DNA of 14,325 nt. Origin: an uncultured Deinococcales bacterium (lineage in GTDB: Bacteria; Deinococcota; Deinococci; Deinococcales; JAAFIG01). The stretch covers positions 1 to 14,325 of the forward strand of contig CAXTKV010000139.1 of NCBI GenBank assembly GCA_964244895.1, in the 5' to 3' direction. The notes beneath the pieces are model-generated. The model was not told the origin of the DNA, searched no databases, and saw nothing but the letters and a program-made list of their open reading frames with translations. Below are positions 1 to 7,467 of the stretch, piece after piece. Every line of letters begins with the position of its first letter. The stretch's first letter is position 1. The translations under genes were made by a program, and so were the position numbers.

Positions 1-1094
1 TGGACGACCTTGATCGCCTCGCGCACGTCTCGCCGCTCGAGGGTGCCGAAGAGGCTCTCCTGGTACGGCACGGGCTTGAGGAGGTCAGAGAGGGTCACGG
101 TCAGCTTCGAGAACTCGAGTCCGGCGTGGGCCTCGAGCGTCAGGCGCTGCGCGGCGCTCGTCAGGGTCCTGGCGTGGGCCGTGTAGGTCTTCAGCACCTG
201 CCGGGCACTCGCCTCGCCCAGGGCGGTGGTCAGCGTCACGGTCACGGTTCCCGCCACCAGCGGCGGCAGGCGCTCGGCCAGTCGGGCCACGAGCCGCTCG
301 AGCGCCGGTTCCCAGTCGCGCGGCTCGAGCGCAGGGGGATCGAAGCTCCAATCGGTCTGAAGGCTCGAGGGCGGGGTGTAGATCCCCACGGGCCGCGCGT
401 CCGCACCGGTCGCCAGCGACCACAAGAGTGCCCCGTCCTTCCCGAACTGGGTCTCGAGTTGCTTCGGCGTGACGCGCATCAGCACGTCGCCGAGGGTCTT
501 CAAGCCGAACAACTCGAGCCGTTTCAGGGTGTCACTCGAGAGGCCCGCGCCGCGCAGCAGGTAGACGGGCGCTCTCGAGAGGAAGGCGGCCTCGTCCTGG
601 ACGAAGCGCGCCCCATCGCCCTTGGCGGCCAGCGCGGCCAGCAAGGCCCCGCCTCGAGAGGGGGCCAGGCCGACCCGCACGCCCAACTCGAGCGCCAGGG
701 CCTCGCCATCCAGCGCGGTCAAGCCCGCCAGGTAGGCGAGGCCCATCCGCGAGGCCTCGATCCAGGGGGTGGCGCGGTGCATCGCCTCGAGGGCCGAATC
801 CCAGGCGGCGCTCAGTGCGCTCGGTTCGAGCTGGGCGACGGCGGCCTCGGGGCAGAGCGTCCGGGCGCGATCCAGCGCGTCGCCGGGTTTGACGCCCGCC
901 TTTCGGGCGCGCTCGCAGCGTCCGATCACGCGACGGCCCGAGACGACGATCACCGGCGTCTCGCGCAGGCCCGGCTCGAGGCGTTGTAAGGCCCAGGAGG
1001 GCAGGTCGGACACCCAGGCGCAGGCCAAAAGCCTCGAGGGGGTCTCGAGGCGGGCTGCGGCGGTCGTGGGGGCAAGTTGAGTTCGTGGCGGCAT
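1..1094 (-). CDS. imuY: ImuB/ImuY-like Y-family DNA polymerase homologue, probably catalytically inactive; runs off the left edge of the window
   Basis: Absent from the ORF track because it has no stop in the window. Manual translation from ATG 1094 is open to base 1: MPPRTQ...LLACAWVSDLPSWALQRLEPGLRETPVIVVSGRRVIGRCERARKAGVKPGDALDRARTLCPEA...TPWIEASRMGLAYLAGL...VRVGLAPSRGGALLAA...LKRLELFGLKTLGD...LTVTLSDLLKPVPYQESLFG. Y-family finger (ARxAGVxPG..A..LCP) and thumb (LxLFGLKTLGD) motifs are present, plus a QESLF clamp-binding-like motif at 48..62. The DxD and SIDE acidic motifs are missing. Confidence 0.85.
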   Translation of the reverse strand, partial: MPPRTQLAPTTAAARLETPSRLLACAWVSDLPSWALQRLEPGLRETPVIVVSGRRVIGRCERARKAGVKPGDALDRARTLCPEAAVAQLEPSALSAAWDSALEAMHRATPWIEASRMGLAYLAGLTALDGEALALELGVRVGLAPSRGGALLAALAAKGDGARFVQDEAAFLSRAPVYLLRGAGLSSDTLKRLELFGLKTLGDVLMRVTPKQLETQFGKDGALLWSLATGADARPVGIYTPPSSLQTDWSFDPPALEPRDWEPALERLVARLAERLPPLVAGTVTVTLTTALGEASARQVLKTYTAHARTLTSAAQRLTLEAHAGLEFSKLTVTLSDLLKPVPYQESLFGTLERRDVREAIKVV

Positions 1095-1097
1095 GCT

Positions 1098-1233
1098 TCA
1101 CCAGGGGCCGCCAACGGGTCTAAACTGGACCCCTGACGGCGCGAGTCGTCGGATGCCGGGGGAATGGGTCAGGCTTGCAGGCGAACCCCGTTCCTCCGGC
1201 GCTGTGCTGTACGGTCTGCGCGTGCGTTTACAT
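1098..1233 (-). other. Leader of imuY: SD + ATG-TAA minigene, or a 44-aa uORF with a 1-nt frameshift
   Basis: Minus strand reads GGAGGTcgcATGTAA. Removing the T after ATG gives MKRTRRPYSTAPEERGSPASLTHSPGIRRLAPSGVQFRPVGGPW*, whose TGA lies 3 nt before the imuY ATG. Confidence 0.3.
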
Positions 1234-1258
1234 GCGACCTCCGTTTATACGATGGTTG

Positions 1259-1285
1259 ATCCTACCTGAGAAGATTATGTAGGAT
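1259..1285. promoter_or_regulatory. Divergent promoter pair with identical TAGGAT -10 hexamers
   Basis: ATCCTAC (1259..1265) and GTAGGAT (1279..1285) form an inverted repeat, giving TAGGAT on each strand, pointing at imuY and at SRAP. Confidence 0.4.
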
Positions 1286-1291
1286 ACAGAA
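1275..1291. promoter_or_regulatory. RDRM (radiation/desiccation response motif)-like operator, putative DdrO binding site
   Basis: 17-bp imperfect palindrome TTATGT-AGGAT-ACAGAA fits the Deinococcus RDRM pattern TT(A/C)(T/C)G(T/C)N5(A/G)C(G/A)(T/G)AA. It overlaps the putative SRAP -10 and lies between two DNA-damage genes. Confidence 0.7.
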
Positions 1292-1308
1292 CGTCGAGGT
1301 CAAGAAAA

Positions 1309-1956
1309 ATGTGTGGACGCTACAGCCTGAACATCGGACGGCAGCGCTTCGAGGCCGTCTACCACGTGCAAGCGCCGCTCGAGTTCGCGGAGCGTTGGAA
1401 CGTCGCGCCGACGCAACGCGCGCCGATCATCCGATCAACTGGGACCGATCTCGAGGCGGCGATGCTCCAGTGGGGCTTCCAGCGGCCCGGTCAATCCCTG
1501 CTGATCAACGCGCGGGGGGAGACGGTCAGCCAGTTGCCGACCTTCGCCTCGAGCTTCCGGCAGCGGCGGTGCATCGTTCCGGCGGGGGGCTGGTTCGAGT
1601 GGACGGGAACGGGGGCGGCGAAGCGGGCGCACCACCTCAGGCGTGCTGACCTCGAGCCGCTGGCCTTCGCGGGATTGTGGACGGGGTCGCCGGAGGGCGA
1701 ACGCTTCGCCATCGTCACGACGAGCGCCGGGGACGCGATCAGTCACATCCACAGCAGGCAGCCGGTGATCCTGTCACAGGAACGCTGGAAGGTCTGGCTG
1801 TCGGACGCGCCCGTTTCCGAACTCGAGGCGATGCTCGAGGCGGACGAGGGCGTGAAACTCGAGACGTACCCGGTGGGCGCGAGGGTAGGCAATGTGCGGA
1901 ATGACGACGAGGGGCTGATCCGCAAGCTCGAGGACCTCCGAAACGGGGTCTCGTGA
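1309..1956 (+). CDS. yedK: SOS response-associated peptidase (SRAP; YedK/HMCES family), abasic-site crosslinking protein
   Basis: N-terminal MCGRY (catalytic Cys2), WNVAPTQ, INARGET, RRCIVPAGGWFEW (conserved Glu), HIHSRQPVIL (conserved His), VGNVRND. GAGGT SD lies 8 nt upstream. The last residues (GVS*) are encoded by the left inverted repeat. Confidence 0.95.
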   Translation: MCGRYSLNIGRQRFEAVYHVQAPLEFAERWNVAPTQRAPIIRSTGTDLEAAMLQWGFQRPGQSLLINARGETVSQLPTFASSFRQRRCIVPAGGWFEWTGTGAAKRAHHLRRADLEPLAFAGLWTGSPEGERFAIVTTSAGDAISHIHSRQPVILSQERWKVWLSDAPVSELEAMLEADEGVKLETYPVGARVGNVRNDDEGLIRKLEDLRNGVS

Positions 1957-1982
1957 GAGTTGGCGACAAAAACCAGGTTAGC
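1945..1982 (+). repeat. Left terminal inverted repeat, 38-bp Tn3-family layout
   Basis: GGGGTCTCGTGAGAGTTGGCGACAAAAACCAGGTTAGC: GGGG start, internal A-tract and a CCAnGnTA end, as in Tn3-family IRs. The canonical TAAG end is degenerate. Confidence 0.6.
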
Positions 1983-2134
1983 GGGCTGTGACAACCCTAC
2001 GGACAGGAAACCCCGTGAGCAGCAATTCTGCCAATTAGCCATCGCGCATAGTCCACGTCCAGCACGCGTACTCTGGAGGTTTGGTCCGATTTCGTTTGTC
2101 GCGCCGTGTGAAGAATTATGATCGGTGATCCCGA

Positions 2135-3100
2135 TTACTGGAGGCGTTCGATCAGCGCGCTCCAGAAATACTCGGCGGCCCCCTCGTGGGTCAGCTCGGC
2201 CTTGCCACCAGTTTTCTGGATCATCCCGGTCATCATCGCGAGCGGCTTGAGGAACAGGCTGAAGCCGTCGTCCTCTACAGACATGGACTCGTTCCAGCTC
2301 ATGCCGTTGCCTGGGCTGAGGTCGCCCCACGAGAAGACGATCCCACCAACTGGGCCTCGCCGCCCACCGAGCATCACGGTGCAGCGGGCGGCCTCCTTTC
2401 CGTTGCGGTAGAGTGTCGCGGTGAAGCGGTTGGCGTCGATGCGACGGAAGTCAGTCGAGATCTCCTGGTTTCGTTTCTGGAGTTCAACCAGGGAGTTCTC
2501 GAAGTAGTTTGCCATGTACTCGAAGCCCTGGGTGAGGTACTGGTCGCGGTCGTGGTCGGTGAAGGTCTTCTTGAGCCGGAGGTTGCTTGATCGGGTCGGT
2601 GCGCCCGCGACTGGCGCAGGCGATGCTGCCGCAGGCTGCGGGGCGGGTGGCTGGGCTGAGCGACCGAGTTCGTCGGCGGCCCTGCGGATCGCCCGGGTGA
2701 CGTCAAGGAAGGCGTCATGAAGATTGGGAAATTTGGTGACGGGTTTGCCATCGGTCGGGGTGGCCAGCAGCTTGCCGAGGGGCAGCGAGGTCCAGTCGCA
2801 GGGATCAAGAATCACCGGGATGACCCGAGCCTCGCCCGCCGCGTGGCGTTCCATCGCACGATTCATCTCGATGTCGTAACAGTAGTCCGACGCGACGAAG
2901 TAGGGACTTACCAGCAGGAGGATCACGTCCGCCTCCTCGAGATTCCGGTCGATCTCGTGGGCAAATTCCTTTCCCGCGCCGATGCGGCGATCGTGCCAGG
3001 TCTCGATCAGTCCCTGGCGTTTCAACCCCGCCAGGTGGATCTCGAGTTCGTCACGCAGGGCCTCGTCGCGGTGGGAGTAGGAGAAGAACAGTTTGATCAT
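2135..3100 (-). CDS. TIR-domain protein (TIR_2-like N-terminus, Pro/Ala linker, ~140-aa C-terminal domain of unknown function), 321 aa
   Basis: LFFSYSHRD box 1, WHDRRIGAG, EIDRNLEEADVILLLVSPYFVASDYCYDIEM (catalytic-position Glu), RVIPVIL. Start placed at ATG 3100 (MIKLFF) rather than 3205. Confidence 0.9.
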   Translation of the reverse strand: MIKLFFSYSHRDEALRDELEIHLAGLKRQGLIETWHDRRIGAGKEFAHEIDRNLEEADVILLLVSPYFVASDYCYDIEMNRAMERHAAGEARVIPVILDPCDWTSLPLGKLLATPTDGKPVTKFPNLHDAFLDVTRAIRRAADELGRSAQPPAPQPAAASPAPVAGAPTRSSNLRLKKTFTDHDRDQYLTQGFEYMANYFENSLVELQKRNQEISTDFRRIDANRFTATLYRNGKEAARCTVMLGGRRGPVGGIVFSWGDLSPGNGMSWNESMSVEDDGFSLFLKPLAMMTGMIQKTGGKAELTHEGAAEYFWSALIERLQ

Positions 3101-3107
3101 GCGCCCC

Positions 3108-3136
3108 AGTCTGACACCCATCCAAGGGCATTCCAA
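3108..3136 (-). promoter_or_regulatory. Putative leaderless promoter of the TIR gene
   Basis: Minus strand TTGGAA-N17-CAGACT (with extended-10 TG), then 7 nt to the ATG; no clear SD. Confidence 0.35.
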
Positions 3137-3408
3137 CGGGTGGACCCTCCACCCCGGTTCGGTTCCGCCAGGTTCACATCGCCGGTGCGGCCTCGGGTGA
3201 TGCACGAATTGTCTTGTCGCTCAATCGGGTGGGAAGGTCCTCGTACTCGTCACGGTCAAACGAGAAGTACACCTGATCCCCAGCACTCCCGGGCATACAC
3301 AATTGGGTGGAACGCTCGGAGTGTCGCGCACGCACCTTGCCCTGGCCTCGGATTGTGCGTGTTCTCGACAAGCCTTCCTCCATGGCCTACGCCAGGAGGA
3401 TGATTCCT

Positions 3409-6400
3409 CTATTTATTGTCCTCGAGCGCCCGGTCGATATCGCGCTGCGCGATCAAGCGGAGTTTCCGCCAGACGTCCCGAACCGCGCGATACTCTGGCT
3501 GCCCGGCATCGATCTTCTGTTGCGCCAACGCCTCGCCGTGGATGGCGCGGTCGCGGAGGCCAAGGTCCTCGGGGAACGGCAGCCCCGCCTCGCCCGACTT
3601 TGACCAGATGCGGAAGCCTGAAACCACCTGGTGCTCAAGGCGCTCTTCGTGCTCGACCACCAGGTGAAGCTCACGTCCCTTGAACAGGGCGCGCTCGATC
3701 AGTCCGGTGCGCCGCTCGGTGTCCGGAAGGGCCTGCGCGAAGTGGAGGGCCGCCATCAGGGCGGTGAAGTCGTGGGCCGCCTCGATTCGACGTCCTGCAT
3801 CTTCGATCAACGCCTCCTCCGCTACGAGGCTGAACGCGCTGTAGACCGCCAGCGCGGCCCGCGAGAGGACGCTACCCTCATCGGCGTACCAGTCCCAGAG
3901 GCGGTCTAGGCATGCCGAGAGAGCCCTCGATTCGTCGGGTGGAACCGAAAAGATCTCGTTTAGTCCCCAGCGCGGCACGAGTTCCAACGCCCGATCCGGT
4001 TGCACTGCCCGAGCCTCTAAGTGGTTGAGCAGCCACACGGGATCGGTACGCGCCAGTGCACGGGTCAGGCTGGAGAGTCCCTCCGCGTGGAGCCCGAGCG
4101 ATTCGAGCGGGACGTCCATGAAGCGCTCCAGCACCGCCCGGGCGAATTCGGCGGGTACGTCGCGGTCGTAGCCGTACAGGGCTTCGAGCGCCGTGGCTGC
4201 CGCTCGCGCGAGGCCCTCGTCCGGTTTGATCGCGTCGAGGGCGAGCCGGATCCAGCCTTCGGCTTCCGCCTCGCTCTCGGTCGCTGGGTCCCGCCAGAAA
4301 GCGCGAAGCGCGGCGGCCCTCACCTCGGACCGGTCATGCCGCAACAGCCGCTCGAAGCACTGGCGGAGTTCGGGCCGCGAGACCCTGGATTGCGCCACGA
4401 AGCCAGCGACGGTCATCAGGGCAGGGACGTCGTTCCGCTCGAGGGCGCGGTTCACCTCGGCGAGCGCGACCTCGGCATCCTCGCCATCAAGCGCCCGCAA
4501 GACCTGCAAGGCCGTCTCGGCGAACGGCGGACTGGCGCGCAAGGCGCGGAACAGGGCCAGGCCGTAGGCACGATCCTCGCGGCAGACCGCCTCAAGGGCG
4601 GTCTGCACGCGGTGGAAGAACTTATGGTCATCGCGATCTTCCGATGCGCGCAGGCGGTTGGCCTTTTCCAACAGGGCGACGACTTGAGCCACCTCCTCAG
4701 TGGCTGCAACCCGGCGTGCAAGGTCGGACGTTTGCCGTTCCATGCGTTCGCGGCGTCTCTCGTAGGCTGTTTCCCTGTCGAGGGCCTCTGCATCCCCGAC
4801 GTCGAACAGGGTTGGCGGGTCGAGGAACAACCGCGCCAGCGCCGCCCCCGGCAGGGCCTCGACAAAGTCCAGCAGATCAAGCGCGGCAGGGCGGAGGCCC
4901 GGGTCGCCGAAGCGTGCGACCCAGCTTGGCTGGTCGCGCAACGCCTCAATGTGCAATACCCCCAGTCGGGGAGCGAGGGACCGGACCACGCCAAACCAAG
5001 CGAGCGCCTCCGCCGTCATCGTGGCACTTGGGTTCGCCCGCTGGTCGAGCGCCACGAGGCGCACGAGTTCGCGCAGCGCCTTCGCGTATTTGGCTCCGTG
5101 TTGCGCCAGGACTTCGTCTGTCGGGCTTGCGAACAGGGATCGCGCTTGCGAGTAGAACGCACGGTAGGTTGGGTCCTCGAGCGTGAACCGCCACGTCCGG
5201 ATGGTGAGGGTGTGGCGCTGGCTGGGGTGCATCCGATGGTCCTGGTGTTCTAGGCGCATCATTGCCTCGAGGGCGACGATGGCCAGCCCTTGCAAGGCGT
5301 GGTGAGACCCGCGAAGCCACCGGGAAAAGACATCGAGGGTCTCGGCCAGCCCCTCCAAGGCGTCGTAGCGCTCCGGCGCTGGCGAGGCGGCGGCTTCGAC
5401 CAGCTCTCGCACCTCGCCCCGAAGAACACCCGGATTGCTCTCGCCGACCCGCGTGACCAGGCTGAGTACCCGCAAGCGATGGGACGGCCACGACGCTACG
5501 GATTTGAGAACCTTGAACAGCTCGGGCGCGAGCTGGGGCTGGCTCGAGGCCAGCGCTTCGGCCAGTTCAAGGGCGCGATCCGGGTCGGTTGGACAGAGCG
5601 GTTCGATCACGTTCCGGGGGAAGCGAGCCGCCCCCGCGTCCGCCTGGGTCGATCGACGCAAGAGTTCCTCGATGTACGAACTCAGGTACGGGGTGTTGAG
5701 GTGAAATGCGTGCATCAGGCACGCGGCAAAGATCTCCCGGAACGCGTCGCCGCGCTCGCCCGGATCGAAGCGCCGAAGCACGACCTGCGCATCTCGAGGG
5801 GCGAGGTGTCTCGAGGCGAAGCACTCGCCGACCAAGTCGAAGCTGAAGCGGTACACGCCCCGAGATTCGCGCAGGAGCGACAACTTGGTCGCCTCACGGA
5901 GAACCTCCTCGACGGAAGCCACATCCGAGCCGACGAGCTCCGCCAGGAGTTCCATCGAGCGCTCGTCGCCTTCCCCGACGCGCCGGAACACGGCGAGCCT
6001 CGCCAGGCTTCTTTTGGCAAGGTCGCGCGGGCAGCCCTCGTGCTCGAGCCCGTCGAGCGCCTCTTCGATGTAGCGGGTGAGCACAACTTCCTTCGAGGCC
6101 AGCTCGTAGGGATTCTCCCTCCGTCTGATGCGCTCGAGCGCGGCAATGAGGAAGAAAGGAACCCCTTCGGAGAGGGCGTAGAGCTGCTCCTTCGGCTCTG
6201 CGGCGGTCACGCCAAAGTGCTCGAGGAGCACGACCGCCTCCTCGAAGCTCAGCTTGCCCAGGGTGGCGCGAAGCCGCGCCACCGCGCTGAACCGGGACAG
6301 CTCGCGCTCGAGTTGTCCCTCGAAGGTCGTGCGGGCGAAGCCAAGCAGCCTGACGGACTTCCAATCAGGATGTTCGAGTGCCAACTGGTGCAACAGGGCG

Positions 6401-7260
6401 TCCATGTGGGCGGATTCGGCATCGTCGACCAGCACCAAGGTTCGCCCCGATGGAAGTTCGCCCAGGTGTCCTGGATACTGACGAACCTCCGGGTGGACAA
6501 AACACACCTCCCAGCCGAGCGCCGCGCCCACCCATAGGCCAATCTCGAGGGCGAGGCGGGTCTTGCCGAAACCGCCAGGCGCGGTCAACAAGGCGACGCG
6601 CTCATCAGAGGCGAGGAAATCTGTGATTGTCTTCTGGACGTCGGTGGTACCGGTGAGCCAGCCAGTGCGCACGAACGGCACGGCATAACCGAAGGCGCTG
6701 CGGATCTCGAGCAGGCGGGAAAATTCGGAGAGGTTCAAGAACGTCTTCGTGCCCAGAATCCTGCGGATGTTCTGAGTGTCCTCGTAGATCGGCTCCGTCT
6801 GTTGGCGAATTTCCTCGCGGATCGCTTGCTGTGTACGCTCGAGTTGCTCGCTGAGGACGACTGCGCCCTCGCTCGAGCGCAGCAGGGCATTGCGGTACTC
6901 GACGAAGAAGTTTCGTACTACTGCCTCGACGTGGGCGGTCCCTTGGATGGGGTTCTCGAAGTCTTTGGCTTTATCGAATAGTTGAGCCAAGTAAAGCGAA
7001 TTGACCTTCTGTGGATCGGTGCGGATCTCTGAAATTACCGTTTGGAAGCCGTCGCTCCTGAACCACGCGAGCAGGCCATCACGGGCACCAGTCGGGTTGG
7101 GATGGTACTTCGTGGCCCGTTCAACGGCGGTTGTCAAGGGTTCGGGCTGTTCCGCCCGGCGTTTTTTGGAGAGGGTTGCGAGGTCGTAGAGGGCGTTTGT
7201 TGCCATGCCAAGTCCAACCTGGCCGAGGGTTGTTAGGGCGTCTGCGAAGGCCTGGTCCAT
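3409..7260 (-). CDS. Large STAND-class (NLR/Avs-like) P-loop NTPase with a helical N-terminal domain and a long alpha-solenoid-like C-terminus, 1283 aa
   Basis: Walker A APGGFGKT (aa 227-234, nt 6559..6582), Walker B LVLVDDAE, STAND GxP motif SEGVPFFL, winged-helix-like YRFSFDLVGECF, then ~750 aa of Leu/Ala/Glu/Arg-rich helical sequence. Purine-rich RBS AGGAAAAGG upstream. Confidence 0.85.
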   Translation of the reverse strand: MDQAFADALTTLGQVGLGMATNALYDLATLSKKRRAEQPEPLTTAVERATKYHPNPTGARDGLLAWFRSDGFQTVISEIRTDPQKVNSLYLAQLFDKAKDFENPIQGTAHVEAVVRNFFVEYRNALLRSSEGAVVLSEQLERTQQAIREEIRQQTEPIYEDTQNIRRILGTKTFLNLSEFSRLLEIRSAFGYAVPFVRTGWLTGTTDVQKTITDFLASDERVALLTAPGGFGKTRLALEIGLWVGAALGWEVCFVHPEVRQYPGHLGELPSGRTLVLVDDAESAHMDALLHQLALEHPDWKSVRLLGFARTTFEGQLERELSRFSAVARLRATLGKLSFEEAVVLLEHFGVTAAEPKEQLYALSEGVPFFLIAALERIRRRENPYELASKEVVLTRYIEEALDGLEHEGCPRDLAKRSLARLAVFRRVGEGDERSMELLAELVGSDVASVEEVLREATKLSLLRESRGVYRFSFDLVGECFASRHLAPRDAQVVLRRFDPGERGDAFREIFAACLMHAFHLNTPYLSSYIEELLRRSTQADAGAARFPRNVIEPLCPTDPDRALELAEALASSQPQLAPELFKVLKSVASWPSHRLRVLSLVTRVGESNPGVLRGEVRELVEAAASPAPERYDALEGLAETLDVFSRWLRGSHHALQGLAIVALEAMMRLEHQDHRMHPSQRHTLTIRTWRFTLEDPTYRAFYSQARSLFASPTDEVLAQHGAKYAKALRELVRLVALDQRANPSATMTAEALAWFGVVRSLAPRLGVLHIEALRDQPSWVARFGDPGLRPAALDLLDFVEALPGAALARLFLDPPTLFDVGDAEALDRETAYERRRERMERQTSDLARRVAATEEVAQVVALLEKANRLRASEDRDDHKFFHRVQTALEAVCREDRAYGLALFRALRASPPFAETALQVLRALDGEDAEVALAEVNRALERNDVPALMTVAGFVAQSRVSRPELRQCFERLLRHDRSEVRAAALRAFWRDPATESEAEAEGWIRLALDAIKPDEGLARAAATALEALYGYDRDVPAEFARAVLERFMDVPLESLGLHAEGLSSLTRALARTDPVWLLNHLEARAVQPDRALELVPRWGLNEIFSVPPDESRALSACLDRLWDWYADEGSVLSRAALAVYSAFSLVAEEALIEDAGRRIEAAHDFTALMAALHFAQALPDTERRTGLIERALFKGRELHLVVEHEERLEHQVVSGFRIWSKSGEAGLPFPEDLGLRDRAIHGEALAQQKIDAGQPEYRAVRDVWRKLRLIAQRDIDRALEDNK

Positions 7261-7429
7261 CGAAGCCTTTTCCTTTCCCTGGCTGGTTCGCGTTTTCTCG
7301 AGTTCAAACCCGAGTTGCTCGACGGTCGGCAGTGCCCCCTTGAGTTCCTTCGATAGCGCGTAGCCTGATGCGACCCGAATGTCGTGCGGTTCCTGGATCA
7401 GGCAGCGTAACTAGGACGGGGTTATTGGC

Positions 7430-7467
7430 GGTAGACCCACATTTGATTTTAACTCTTACGAGACACC
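7430..7467 (-). repeat. Right terminal inverted repeat (degenerate)
   Basis: Reverse complement GGTGTCTCGTAAGAGTTAAAATCAAATGTGGGTCTACC; 15/17 identical to the left IR terminally and 23/38 overall. Confidence 0.55.

Larger units (their letters stand above)
1945..7467. mobile_element. Putative non-autonomous Tn3-family-derived cassette carrying STAND + TIR cargo
   Basis: Terminal inverted repeats match 15/17 (GGGGTCTCGTGAGAGTT vs GGTGTCTCGTAAGAGTT). The 5-bp flanks GAAAC and AAGAC are each one transition from GAGAC. Both flanking genes terminate inside the repeats. No transposase or resolvase is recognisable inside. Confidence 0.55.

Noticed and set aside
85..1101. Track ORFs 85..423, 126..989, 532..1101 and 769..1080
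   Set aside because: The real gene is the unlisted minus frame from ATG 1094 (ImuY-like); these are shadows.
1963..2102. GCGACAAA/TTTGTCGC inverted pair suggesting a retron-like ncRNA
   Set aside because: Only 8 bp, one arm is part of the terminal IR, and there is no reverse transcriptase in the window.
3101..3205. 35-aa N-terminal extension of the TIR ORF
   Set aside because: The TIR fold begins at MIKLFFSY and promoter-like elements lie within the extension.
3174..3383. 69-aa ORF between STAND and TIR as a third system component
   Set aside because: No convincing SD or motif; only a short stretch (DQVYFSFDRDEYEDLP) looks protein-like. It may be a remnant and cannot be supported without a search.
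4021..6537. Plus-strand ORFs of 410 and 415 aa
   Set aside because: Codon-aligned antisense shadows of the STAND gene.
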